A model generated the notes under the pieces. It did not search any database. It was not told the DNA's origin and was given only the letters and a program-made list of their open reading frames with translations. Source: an uncultured Porphyromonadaceae bacterium (GTDB lineage Bacteria; Bacteroidota; Bacteroidia; Bacteroidales; Muribaculaceae). From it: a stretch of 64,000 bases of DNA. The stretch spans positions 19,878 to 83,877 of the forward strand of contig CAMWMR010000006.1 in NCBI GenBank assembly GCA_947175425.1. The letters run 5' to 3'. This document shows, one piece after another, positions 48,851-56,839 of the stretch. Position numbers and translations under genes: made by a program. Numbering within the stretch: position 1 is the stretch's first letter; each line of letters opens with the position of its first letter.

Positions 48851-49321
48851 ATGAGTGAGAAAATTGATAATCTTGACCGCCGCATACTCCAAATAGTAAT
48901 GCATAACGCCCGCATCCCCTCCAAGGATGTGGCTGTTGAATGCGGCGTTTCCCGCGCCGCTATACACCAGCGCCTTCAGCGTCTTATCGACCTTAATGTG
49001 ATAACCGGTTCGGGATACCATGTAAACCCTAAAATCCTGGGTTACGCCACATGTACCTACATTGGCGTGAACCTCGAACGCGGCGCCATGTACCGCGATG
49101 TAGTACCCGAGCTTGAAAAAATTCCCGAAATTGTGGAATGCCATTTCACCACCGGCCCCTACACCATGCTCATAAAACTCTATGCCCGCGACAACGAGCA
49201 TCTTATGGAACTTCTTAACAAGAAGATTCAGATGATTCCCGGTGTTACAGGTACCGAAACGCTTATTTCCCTCGACCATTCCATTGCCCGCGAAATACCC
49301 ATTAACCTTGTAAACAAATAA
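48851..49321 (+). CDS. Lrp/AsnC family transcriptional regulator
   Basis: ORF 48791..49321. Preferred start is MSEKIDNLDRRILQIVMHNARIPSKDVAVECGVSRAAIHQRLQRL, the classic AsnC HTH. Followed by a RAM/ACT-like C-terminal domain. Confidence 0.9.
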   Translation: MSEKIDNLDRRILQIVMHNARIPSKDVAVECGVSRAAIHQRLQRLIDLNVITGSGYHVNPKILGYATCTYIGVNLERGAMYRDVVPELEKIPEIVECHFTTGPYTMLIKLYARDNEHLMELLNKKIQMIPGVTGTETLISLDHSIAREIPINLVNK

Positions 49322-49361
49322 AGGCTGCGCACCTCAAGGTGGAAATTTAAACATAAATGCT

Positions 49362-49369
49362 TATCTTTG
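49362..49369 (+). promoter_or_regulatory. Bacteroidetes -7 promoter box (TAtcTTTG) upstream of the GH13 gene
   Basis: TATCTTTG lies 46 nt upstream of ATG 49415. Confidence 0.5.
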
Positions 49370-49414
49370 CATGTTTATAACATGTTACACAACCCGACAA
49401 GATAAAACATACCC

Positions 49415-50815
49415 ATGAAAAAATTTCTGGCGGCACTCCTTTCGGCAACATCCGCGCTGTTAGGCACAGCGCAGGCGCCTGCTCCGCATCACACCACCCT
49501 GTCGCATCCCGAATGGAGCCGCAACGCAGTTATTTACGAAGTTAACACCAGGCAGTACACTCCGCAAGGAACTTTTGAAGCTTTTCAACAACATTTGCCG
49601 AGACTTAAGGAACTTGGCGTGGACATTCTTTGGTTTATGCCAATCCACCCCATTTCGCAACTCAACCGCAAAGGAGAGCTGGGAAGTTACTATGCCGTGG
49701 CCGATTATAAAGGTGTAAATCCCGAGTTCGGCGACATGGAGGCTTTTAAACGCGTTGTGGAAGAGGCGCATAAGGCCGGAATGAAAGTTATTATCGACTG
49801 GGTGCCCAACCACACCGGCTGCGACAATCCGTGGGTGAAACAACACCCCGAATACTTCAAGCTGGACGAAAACGGTAAAATGTTCGGACCCTTCGACTGG
49901 ACCGATGTATACCAGCTGGACTACTCCGTTCCCGCCACTCGTCAGGCCATGATTGATGCAATGACATTCTGGCTGCGTGAAGCCGGTATCGACGGCTTCC
50001 GCTGCGATGTTGCAGGGCGTGTTCCCGTTGATTTCTGGAATGAATGTCGTCTGGCACTTGACGCGGCAACTCCCGACCGCGAAGTTTTCATGCTGGCCGA
50101 AGCAACCGAACCGGAACTTATGGAACATGCTTTCGACATGGACTACAACTGGCCGATGAAAGATTTGTTCAGCGAAATAGCCGCTACACAAGGCGAATAT
50201 AAGTTCGGCACGGAACCTCGGAAATTCCCCGAGCGTCATGCAGCCGACATAGATTCTCTGCTGAATGTGCAGAAAATGCAGTATCCCGAGGACAGCTACA
50301 TGATGAACATGACCTCCAATCACGACCTTAACTCCTGGGAAGGTACCGAAATGGAACGCCTCGGTATATATGCTCCTGCATTTGCCGCCCTGTCCTATGC
50401 CCTCCCCGGCATGCCGCTTATCTACACCGGACAGGAAACAGGTTTGAACCGCGCAATAGAATTCTTTGTAAAGGACACTCCTCCCCAATGGGAACCGCGC
50501 AACGATTTTTTTACATTCTATCAGCGCCTCAACACTTTGAAACACAGCCGTCCCGAGCTCGCTGCAGGTTCAAAAGGCGGCAAAGTTGAAATGCTGCCTG
50601 TAGCCGACAGGGATATTATTGCTTTTGTACGCCGCCAAGGCGACAGCATAAGCTATTTTGCAGCCAATCTCGGAAAAAAGGCTGCCTCCGGATACATTGC
50701 CCCCGAAGCACTTCCCGCTATTGAAGGCGCAATCGATGCCATGAGCGGCACAGCCGTTCAAAATCTTGTGCCGGAACTCATGCCCGGTCAATTCATCTGG
50801 ATTATAAGCAAATAA
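49415..50815 (+). CDS. alpha-amylase family (GH13) glycoside hydrolase, secreted
   Basis: Signal peptide. GH13 conserved regions DWVPNHTG, GFRCDVAG, MLAEA and SNHD. Confidence 0.85.
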   Translation: MKKFLAALLSATSALLGTAQAPAPHHTTLSHPEWSRNAVIYEVNTRQYTPQGTFEAFQQHLPRLKELGVDILWFMPIHPISQLNRKGELGSYYAVADYKGVNPEFGDMEAFKRVVEEAHKAGMKVIIDWVPNHTGCDNPWVKQHPEYFKLDENGKMFGPFDWTDVYQLDYSVPATRQAMIDAMTFWLREAGIDGFRCDVAGRVPVDFWNECRLALDAATPDREVFMLAEATEPELMEHAFDMDYNWPMKDLFSEIAATQGEYKFGTEPRKFPERHAADIDSLLNVQKMQYPEDSYMMNMTSNHDLNSWEGTEMERLGIYAPAFAALSYALPGMPLIYTGQETGLNRAIEFFVKDTPPQWEPRNDFFTFYQRLNTLKHSRPELAAGSKGGKVEMLPVADRDIIAFVRRQGDSISYFAANLGKKAASGYIAPEALPAIEGAIDAMSGTAVQNLVPELMPGQFIWIISK

Positions 50816-50827
50816 AACTTCAACACT

Positions 50828-51646
50828 ATGGCCGACACAAACGACCGCTGGAGTGAAATAGAACACCTGCCCGAATGGGACGAGGAATTTTATCACATCT
50901 TTACCGCCAAGAAATTCGGCAAATGGGTGATGATAAAAACACTGCGCCCCGAATATGCCGATAATCCGCGCTATCAGGCAATGATAGAGCAGGAGTTCGA
51001 TGTGCGCTACAGCCTTGCGCATCCCAATATTGTTATGATTAACGATTTTGAGGATATTCCCGGCATAGGACGCTGTATTGTCACCGACGATGTGTACGGC
51101 GACAGTCTGCGAAAGCTCATCGACACCGGCAAAGTTACCCCGGCACATATCGAGCAGTTGCGTCATCAGCTTGTCAACGCTTTGGAATATATCCAGGGAA
51201 AACACATTGTGCATGCGCCGCTTACTCCCGACAACATTATTTTTACCGAAAACATAGGGAACCTCAAGCTCATAGATGTAGGCTTTGAACAGAAACCGTC
51301 GCTGTCGCATCAATCCACAGCCGACGACATCTATAACTACGGTCTTGTGCTTACCGCCGCGCTTGACGCCTGCAAGAATTACGACAGCACCCTGCGCCGT
51401 GTGGCGCACAAATGCTGCGACCCGGAACCGCGCCGCCGCTATCGCGACATGCAGCAGGTACACCTTGCTCTGGAAAACAGGAGTACCCGGTACATCTATC
51501 TTGCAATCATTGCTTTTCTGGTGCTTATGGTTCTGCTGTTATTATGGCTTAAATCGCCTTACAGCCCCAAACCGGCAACTCTGCACCCCGCACCGGCCAA
51601 TATAATCAATCATTTGTCAACATGTCTGTATACGTTCATCCTATAG
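50828..51646 (+). CDS. membrane-anchored protein-kinase-like protein with degenerate catalytic loop (predicted pseudokinase)
   Basis: Kinase-fold landmarks are WVMIKTL (beta3 Lys), HPNIV, HIVHAPLTPDNIIF in place of HRDLKPxN, and KLIDVGF in place of DFG. There is no Gly-rich loop. C-terminal TM helix YIYLAIIAFLVLMVLLLLWL. Confidence 0.6.
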   Translation: MADTNDRWSEIEHLPEWDEEFYHIFTAKKFGKWVMIKTLRPEYADNPRYQAMIEQEFDVRYSLAHPNIVMINDFEDIPGIGRCIVTDDVYGDSLRKLIDTGKVTPAHIEQLRHQLVNALEYIQGKHIVHAPLTPDNIIFTENIGNLKLIDVGFEQKPSLSHQSTADDIYNYGLVLTAALDACKNYDSTLRRVAHKCCDPEPRRRYRDMQQVHLALENRSTRYIYLAIIAFLVLMVLLLLWLKSPYSPKPATLHPAPANIINHLSTCLYTFIL

Positions 51647-52752
51647 CTGCCGACCCCGACCAGCTTAGCCAATATATCAATTTTTCCGTAAACCTGTACC
51701 GCGACGCACCCTGCTACGTGCCCCCGCTTTACATCGACCAGCTTGCCACTCTCACTCCCGAAAAAAACCCGGCTTTCGATTTTTGCGAGGCTTGCTCGTT
51801 CATGGCTTGGCGCAATGGAGAACCGGTGGGCGTGATTACCGCAATAGAGAACAAAGCCGCCAATGAAAAAACCGGCCGCAAGCAAATGCGCTTCGGCTTT
51901 ATGGATTTTATCGACGACAAAGAAGTTGTGGACGAGCTTTTCTACGCCGTTGCCGAATGGGGACGAAACCGGGGGCTAACCGAAATGGTTGGTCCCGTAG
52001 GATTCACCGACATGGATCCCGAAGGTATGCTCATCGAAGGTTTCGATGAAATGGGCACCATGGCGACAATCTACAATTATCCCTACTACCGCGACCACAT
52101 GGAACGAATGGGATTTGTAAAAGACGCCGACTGGGTTGAGTACCGCATAACTGTGCCCGATGCCGTGCCCGAAAAACATGCACGCATAGCCGAGATTGTG
52201 CGCCGCAAATATAATCTCAAAGTTGTTAAATACACCTCCAAGAAAAAAATCAAGGAAGAGTACGGGCACGCCATTTTCGATTTGGTTAACGAGGCTTACG
52301 CCGACCTCTACGGCTTTGTGCCTCTCACCGAACGCCAGATCGACCATTACATTGACCAATATCTTGGTGTTCTCCGCCTGGACGACGTTGTACTCATAGC
52401 CGATTCCGACGACAAACTCGTAGCCCTCGGCATTTCCATGCCTTCCCTTTCGCAGGCACTGCGCAAAAGCGGAGGCAAGCTGTTCCCCTTCGGTTGGTGG
52501 CACCTGCTCAAGGCAATCCGCGGAGCTTCCGATGTTGTCGACCTGCTGCTTATAGCAGTAAAACCCGAGTATCAGAACAAAGGAGTGAACGCGCTGCTTT
52601 TTGCCGACCTCATTCCGCGATACAATGCCAACGGCTACCGTTTCGCCGAAAGCAATGTTGAGCTCGAAGGCAACGAGAACGTTCAGAAGCAGTGGGAATA
52701 CTTCGAACGCAGGCAGCACCGCCGCCGCCGCGCTTGGATAAAGCCGCTCTGA
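51622..52752 (+). CDS. GNAT-like N-acyltransferase family protein (assignment tentative)
   Basis: 376 aa. Resembles the roughly 380-aa Bacteroidetes proteins usually annotated as GNAT acetyltransferases (segments VGVITAIENKAANEKTG and IAVKPEYQNKGVNALL). Overlaps the upstream gene by 25 nt. Confidence 0.45.
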   Translation: MSVYVHPIAADPDQLSQYINFSVNLYRDAPCYVPPLYIDQLATLTPEKNPAFDFCEACSFMAWRNGEPVGVITAIENKAANEKTGRKQMRFGFMDFIDDKEVVDELFYAVAEWGRNRGLTEMVGPVGFTDMDPEGMLIEGFDEMGTMATIYNYPYYRDHMERMGFVKDADWVEYRITVPDAVPEKHARIAEIVRRKYNLKVVKYTSKKKIKEEYGHAIFDLVNEAYADLYGFVPLTERQIDHYIDQYLGVLRLDDVVLIADSDDKLVALGISMPSLSQALRKSGGKLFPFGWWHLLKAIRGASDVVDLLLIAVKPEYQNKGVNALLFADLIPRYNANGYRFAESNVELEGNENVQKQWEYFERRQHRRRRAWIKPL

Positions 52753-52767
52753 CGAACACTTTTTTTG
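52741..52767. repeat. left copy of a 27-nt imperfect direct repeat (covers the stop codon of the GNAT-like gene)
   Basis: AAGCCGCTCTGACGAACACTTTTTTTG. 25 of 27 positions are identical to 54207-54233. Confidence 0.85.
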
Positions 52768-52829
52768 TGAAGCATAAGGCTCTCCACAAAGAATAAAAAT
52801 AACAGTTGCCGACAACAACAAACTCAAAA

Positions 52830-52837
52830 TATTTTTG
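52830..52837 (+). promoter_or_regulatory. Bacteroidetes -7 promoter box (TAttTTTG) for the ATPase/TOPRIM-like cassette
   Basis: TATTTTTG lies 15 nt upstream of ATG 52852, implying a very short leader. Confidence 0.5.
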
Positions 52838-52851
52838 CAAATTTGCACATT

Positions 52852-53850
52852 ATGGATAAATCCGCACCAAGCAATCCAACGAGCGTAACCATTAAGAACT
52901 TTAAGTCTGTAAAATCGGTAACGCTCTCCGACTGTCGGCGCATTAATGTGCTGATAGGCAGACCCAATGTCGGCAAAAGCAACATACTTGAAGCTCTCGC
53001 TCTGTTTGATGTGCCATATATGGTAAATTCATCAAACAAATCCCTGAAAAACCTTCTCCGTATTGAGAATGCGTCAGACCTGTTTCACAACGGAGTTGCC
53101 ACAACTCCAATAGAAGTATCTGCCGACGGCAATACAATCACTGTTCTCCGAAGTGCGAACAGCGGACTTTCGGTTGACATCTCTATACAAGGCGAGGTTT
53201 CCAAGTATGCATTTACTTCGTCCCTGACTTTGTCAACAAAGAAAGAGCCTGCTATTCTGCCGGATGTTCTTACGTATTTTTTTCCGAAACACTTTGTCCC
53301 GGAATCTTCCAACATTGGATTTCTGCAGCCTCCGTCGGGTGGAAATCTTATGGAGACGGTTGCAAATTTACCTGCTCTGAAATCCGGCCTTGCGGAACTG
53401 TTCCACGGCTACGGATTGAAGATGATGTTCGATGCAGGCTCCCGACAGATAAAGGCTATGAGAGAAAACGGCCTTGATATGTTCCTTGTGCCGTTCAGTT
53501 CTCTTGCAGATTCATTACAGCGACTGATATTCTATAAAGCTGCGATTGAAAGTAACCGAAACAAGGTTTTATGTTTTGAAGAACCGGAAGCCCATACCTT
53601 CCCGCCTTACATAGCAAATGTGGTAAACGATATTATTGCAGGCGAAAGCAACCGGTTTTTCATAACAACCCACAGCCCGTATGTCATGAGTTCATTACTT
53701 GAAAGTGCAGGCACTGATTTGGCTGTGTATGTCGTTGACATGGAGGACAACTCGACAGTAGTCAAGCGTCTTACCGACAAGCAACTTCAAGAAGCCTATG
53801 ACAATGGAATGGATATGTTCTATAATCTTGAAGCATATCTTGGCAAATGA
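52852..53850 (+). CDS. ABC/OLD-type AAA ATPase (AAA_15/AAA_21-like), short form
   Basis: ORF 52843..53850 (TTG). Preferred start is ATG 52852. Has an N-terminal VTIKNFKSVKSVTL strand, Walker A GRPNVGKS (nt 52957-52980), signature-like SLADSLQRL, Walker B VLCFEEPEAH and H-loop ITTHSP. Confidence 0.8.
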   Translation: MDKSAPSNPTSVTIKNFKSVKSVTLSDCRRINVLIGRPNVGKSNILEALALFDVPYMVNSSNKSLKNLLRIENASDLFHNGVATTPIEVSADGNTITVLRSANSGLSVDISIQGEVSKYAFTSSLTLSTKKEPAILPDVLTYFFPKHFVPESSNIGFLQPPSGGNLMETVANLPALKSGLAELFHGYGLKMMFDAGSRQIKAMRENGLDMFLVPFSSLADSLQRLIFYKAAIESNRNKVLCFEEPEAHTFPPYIANVVNDIIAGESNRFFITTHSPYVMSSLLESAGTDLAVYVVDMEDNSTVVKRLTDKQLQEAYDNGMDMFYNLEAYLGK

Positions 53851-54188
53851 ACCAACGTGCCGATTTCATAATACCGGAGTGTTACATTGACACAAATCTT
53901 GTGGAGACTTTGGTATGCACGGGCGGCTGCAACCACCAAAAAGGCTGTAATCAGGTTGCCAAAGTCATGCAGGAAAAATTTGCCGACCGTTTCGCCGTTG
54001 GAATAATTGATGCAGATAAAAGACGTCCGGGATATTTGAATGAGTTTAATGAGATAGCGTCCAGCGAGCATATAAGATGGAATCGCTCATCTCCTATCTT
54101 GCCGATAATACATATATGGCATCCAATGACAGAATTTCAGAGATATTCCAAACCAACGAGTAAATCGCCCTCATGTATCATTGTTTAA
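53847..54188 (+). CDS. small TOPRIM-like protein (113 aa), possibly frameshifted or truncated at the C-terminus
   Basis: The start overlaps the ATPase stop (ATGA). FIIPECYIDTNLVETL (E-x3-D) and AVGIIDADKR (DxD) fit the two TOPRIM metal-binding motifs. The last ~40 aa have an odd composition, and an alternative frame reads more protein-like. Confidence 0.45.
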   Translation: MNQRADFIIPECYIDTNLVETLVCTGGCNHQKGCNQVAKVMQEKFADRFAVGIIDADKRRPGYLNEFNEIASSEHIRWNRSSPILPIIHIWHPMTEFQRYSKPTSKSPSCIIV

Positions 54189-54206
54189 CCGTGAGTCGTA
54201 GGGCAG

Positions 54207-54233
54207 AAGCCGTTCTGATGAACACTTTTTTTG
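54207..54233. repeat. right copy of the 27-nt imperfect direct repeat
   Basis: AAGCCGTTCTGATGAACACTTTTTTTG. Retains a TGA at the same relative position as the GNAT-like gene stop. Confidence 0.85.
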
Positions 54234-54271
54234 CCTACGATAGGGCATATTTACAAGAAAATAACTAAATT

Positions 54272-54327
54272 AGCGGTGCTGATTCGTCGTACAGCGATGT
54301 TACCGACGTATACAGCACCGCTTTTTA
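54272..54327 (+). terminator. rho-independent terminator (long stem-loop plus T-run)
   Basis: AGCGGTGCTG (54272-54281) pairs with CAGCACCGCT (54313-54322). There is an internal CGTCG/CGACG helix, and TTTTT follows. Confidence 0.7.
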
Positions 54328-54349
54328 TCTATAATAAACCCACATTTCT

Positions 54350-55924
54350 ATGCTAAACAACCACCCAAAAGGCCTGATTCCCGCCGCGCTCAGTAACATG
54401 GGCGAGCGTTTCGGCTATTACATCATGAACGCCGTACTGGTGCTGTTCCTTTGCTCCAAGTTCGGCCTCTCGGGCGATACCAGCTCCCTTATCTACTCGT
54501 TTTTTTATGCCGGAATCTACATTTTAAGCCTTGTGGGCGGTACTATTGCCGACCGCACGCAAAATTACAAAGGAACCATTATAAACGGCCTCGTAATTAT
54601 GACGGCGGGGTATGCCCTGCTCTCCATTCCCATTCTCGCCACTTCCGAGAATACAAGCTGGCTGCTCACACTCACCTGTGTGGCGCTGTTTCTCATCGCT
54701 TTCGGCAACGGTCTGTTCAAGGGCAACCTTCAGGCTATTGTAGGCCAGCTCTACGACAATCCCCGCTACAGCGCACAACGCGACAGCGGTTTCCAGATTT
54801 TCTACGTATTCATCAACATCGGCGGCCTTGTAGCTCCTTTTGTGGCTCCTCTGCTCCGCAGCTGGTGGCTGGGTGAAAACGGAATGGTATACAATGCCGA
54901 TTTCCCCGAAAAATGTCATCAGTTCCTTAGCGTAACCAACAGCATGGCAGCCGAAAACATGGAAAACTTCTATGCTTTGGCAACTGCTGCCGGTCACACC
55001 GCAGGAACCGACATCACCGAGTTCTGCACACGCTATCTCGACGTGTTCAACACAGGTATTCACTACTCTTTCATTGCCTCTGTAGCGGCAATGCTCATTT
55101 CGCTTGTAATATTCATCAGCACCAAAAAGAGCCTCCCCAATCCTCCTGCAAAAGTAAAAGCAGAGGCACAGAATTACACCGCCGAGGAAAAACGTGCCAT
55201 GGCAAAAGAAATAAAGCAGCGCATGGCCGCCCTCTTTGCCGTGCTCGGCATTGTAATTTTCTTCTGGTTCTCGTTCCACCAGAACGGCACTTCGCTATCA
55301 CTCTTTGCCCGCGACTTTGTTGAAACCTCCACAATTCCGCCCGAAATATGGCAGGCCGTGAACCCCTTCTTTGTTATTGTGCTCACGCCCATTGTAATGT
55401 GGATATTCGCATCCCTCTCGCGTCGCGGCCGCGAAATAAGCACTCCCAAGAAAATCGGCATCGGTATGGGTCTTGCAGGCCTCGCCTACCTTTTCCTTGC
55501 CGTATACTGCTACATGCAGGGTTATCCTTCCGGCGACATGTTCCGCGAAATGGCTCCTGCAGCCAAGGAAACCCTCAAGGCCGGTCCCTGGGTACTTATC
55601 GCTCTCTATTTCTTCCTCACCGTTGCCGAGCTTTTCATCTCGCCGCTGGGACTCTCGTTTGTTTCCAAAGTTGCACCCCGTCATCTTCAGGGTCTCTGCC
55701 AGGGTCTTTGGCTCGGTGCCACAGCAATAGGCAACCTGCTTCTCTGGATTGGTCCGCTCATGTATAACAAATGGCCCGTATGGGAAGCATGGGGCGTATT
55801 CCTCGCCGTTTGCCTTGTATCCATGGGAGTTATGTTCGGCATGGTCAGCTGGCTCGAACGAGTTACAAGCGATGCTCCCGCCAAAGAAAAAACCATTGAA
55901 ACCGAAGAAGACAACGTTATTTAA
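54350..55924 (+). CDS. proton-dependent oligopeptide transporter (POT/PTR2 family MFS)
   Basis: PTR2 signature ExxERFxYY present as MGERFGYYIM. 524-aa polytopic ORF. Confidence 0.9.
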   Translation: MLNNHPKGLIPAALSNMGERFGYYIMNAVLVLFLCSKFGLSGDTSSLIYSFFYAGIYILSLVGGTIADRTQNYKGTIINGLVIMTAGYALLSIPILATSENTSWLLTLTCVALFLIAFGNGLFKGNLQAIVGQLYDNPRYSAQRDSGFQIFYVFINIGGLVAPFVAPLLRSWWLGENGMVYNADFPEKCHQFLSVTNSMAAENMENFYALATAAGHTAGTDITEFCTRYLDVFNTGIHYSFIASVAAMLISLVIFISTKKSLPNPPAKVKAEAQNYTAEEKRAMAKEIKQRMAALFAVLGIVIFFWFSFHQNGTSLSLFARDFVETSTIPPEIWQAVNPFFVIVLTPIVMWIFASLSRRGREISTPKKIGIGMGLAGLAYLFLAVYCYMQGYPSGDMFREMAPAAKETLKAGPWVLIALYFFLTVAELFISPLGLSFVSKVAPRHLQGLCQGLWLGATAIGNLLLWIGPLMYNKWPVWEAWGVFLAVCLVSMGVMFGMVSWLERVTSDAPAKEKTIETEEDNVI

Positions 55925-55942
55925 AATCACATTATTCACGCA

Positions 55943-55983
55943 GGGATTCCGTCTTGAAAAAGGCGGAATTCCCCGCGTTTTTT
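55943..55983 (+). terminator. probable rho-independent terminator after the POT gene
   Basis: Imperfect stem GGGATTCCG/CGGAATTCCC with one bulge, followed by TTTTTT. Confidence 0.5.
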
Positions 55984-55993
55984 ACTCACTGTT

Positions 55994-56839
55994 ATGCCGA
56001 AATTCATTCGAGCCGTACTCCTGTCGGTAATTCTATCCGTCTGCTTTCCGGTATCGGCACAAATTCTTGTCACCGGCGGAGGGGAAGCTCTCACCGAGGA
56101 CAGCGTTTTAAGAGACTTTTCAAACCAGCCATACTTCGGGCTGTATAAGGACAATTATTTCATTTTCGGGCCTTCCGTCGGGCCAAAGGCCAACAAACAG
56201 AACACCAACGTAAAATTTCAAATATCCATAGCGCAGCGTCTTACACGTTCCACACTTCCATGGGGCACATACCTGTATCTGTTCTACACACAAAAATGCT
56301 TTTGGAACGTTCTTGAAAATTCACTGCCGATGACCGACCTCAATTTCAACCCCGGTATAGGCATTACCAAACCTCTGTTTGTAAAAAACCGATATATAGG
56401 CAAACTCACATTTCTTGTGGAACACGAAAGCAACGGCCGCGACAGCATTGAATCGCGTTCGTGGAACCGTGTGGCACTTGCGGCAAACGTATTCGTCACA
56501 AAAAACCTTATGGTGCACGGCAAAATATGGGCGCCTATCGTGGACGGCGAGAACAACCGCGATATTGTTGATTACTGCGGCTTCTGGCAAGTCGGATTCC
56601 AGGCCATCAGCGACAACAAACGCTTCATAGGCGGCGTAACCGCTGTGAAACGCAAAGGCTGGAACCTTAACAGCAACATAGTTGTGGACCTTGCCTACCG
56701 CATTTTCAAACGCGACAACCAATATCTTTTCCTGCAGTTCTACAACGGATATGGCGAAGGGCTGCTGGAATACAATAAATTCCATTCGCAAATACGTATA
56801 GGGCTGCTTATAAGGCCAAAACTCTTCAGTGATTTCTAA
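55994..56839 (+). CDS. pldA: outer-membrane phospholipase A1
   Basis: Signal peptide, YKDNYFIFG, and the catalytic HxSNG motif as VEHESNGRD. 281 aa. Confidence 0.85.
   Translation: MPKFIRAVLLSVILSVCFPVSAQILVTGGGEALTEDSVLRDFSNQPYFGLYKDNYFIFGPSVGPKANKQNTNVKFQISIAQRLTRSTLPWGTYLYLFYTQKCFWNVLENSLPMTDLNFNPGIGITKPLFVKNRYIGKLTFLVEHESNGRDSIESRSWNRVALAANVFVTKNLMVHGKIWAPIVDGENNRDIVDYCGFWQVGFQAISDNKRFIGGVTAVKRKGWNLNSNIVVDLAYRIFKRDNQYLFLQFYNGYGEGLLEYNKFHSQIRIGLLIRPKLFSDF

Noticed and set aside
54077-54163. An independent 28-codon ORF (MESLISYLADNTYMASNDRISEIFQTNE) as a third cassette gene.
   Set aside because: It lies wholly inside the 3' part of the TOPRIM-like ORF in another frame and has no promoter or spacing of its own. 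It is better treated as evidence for a possible frameshift, as described in the findings.
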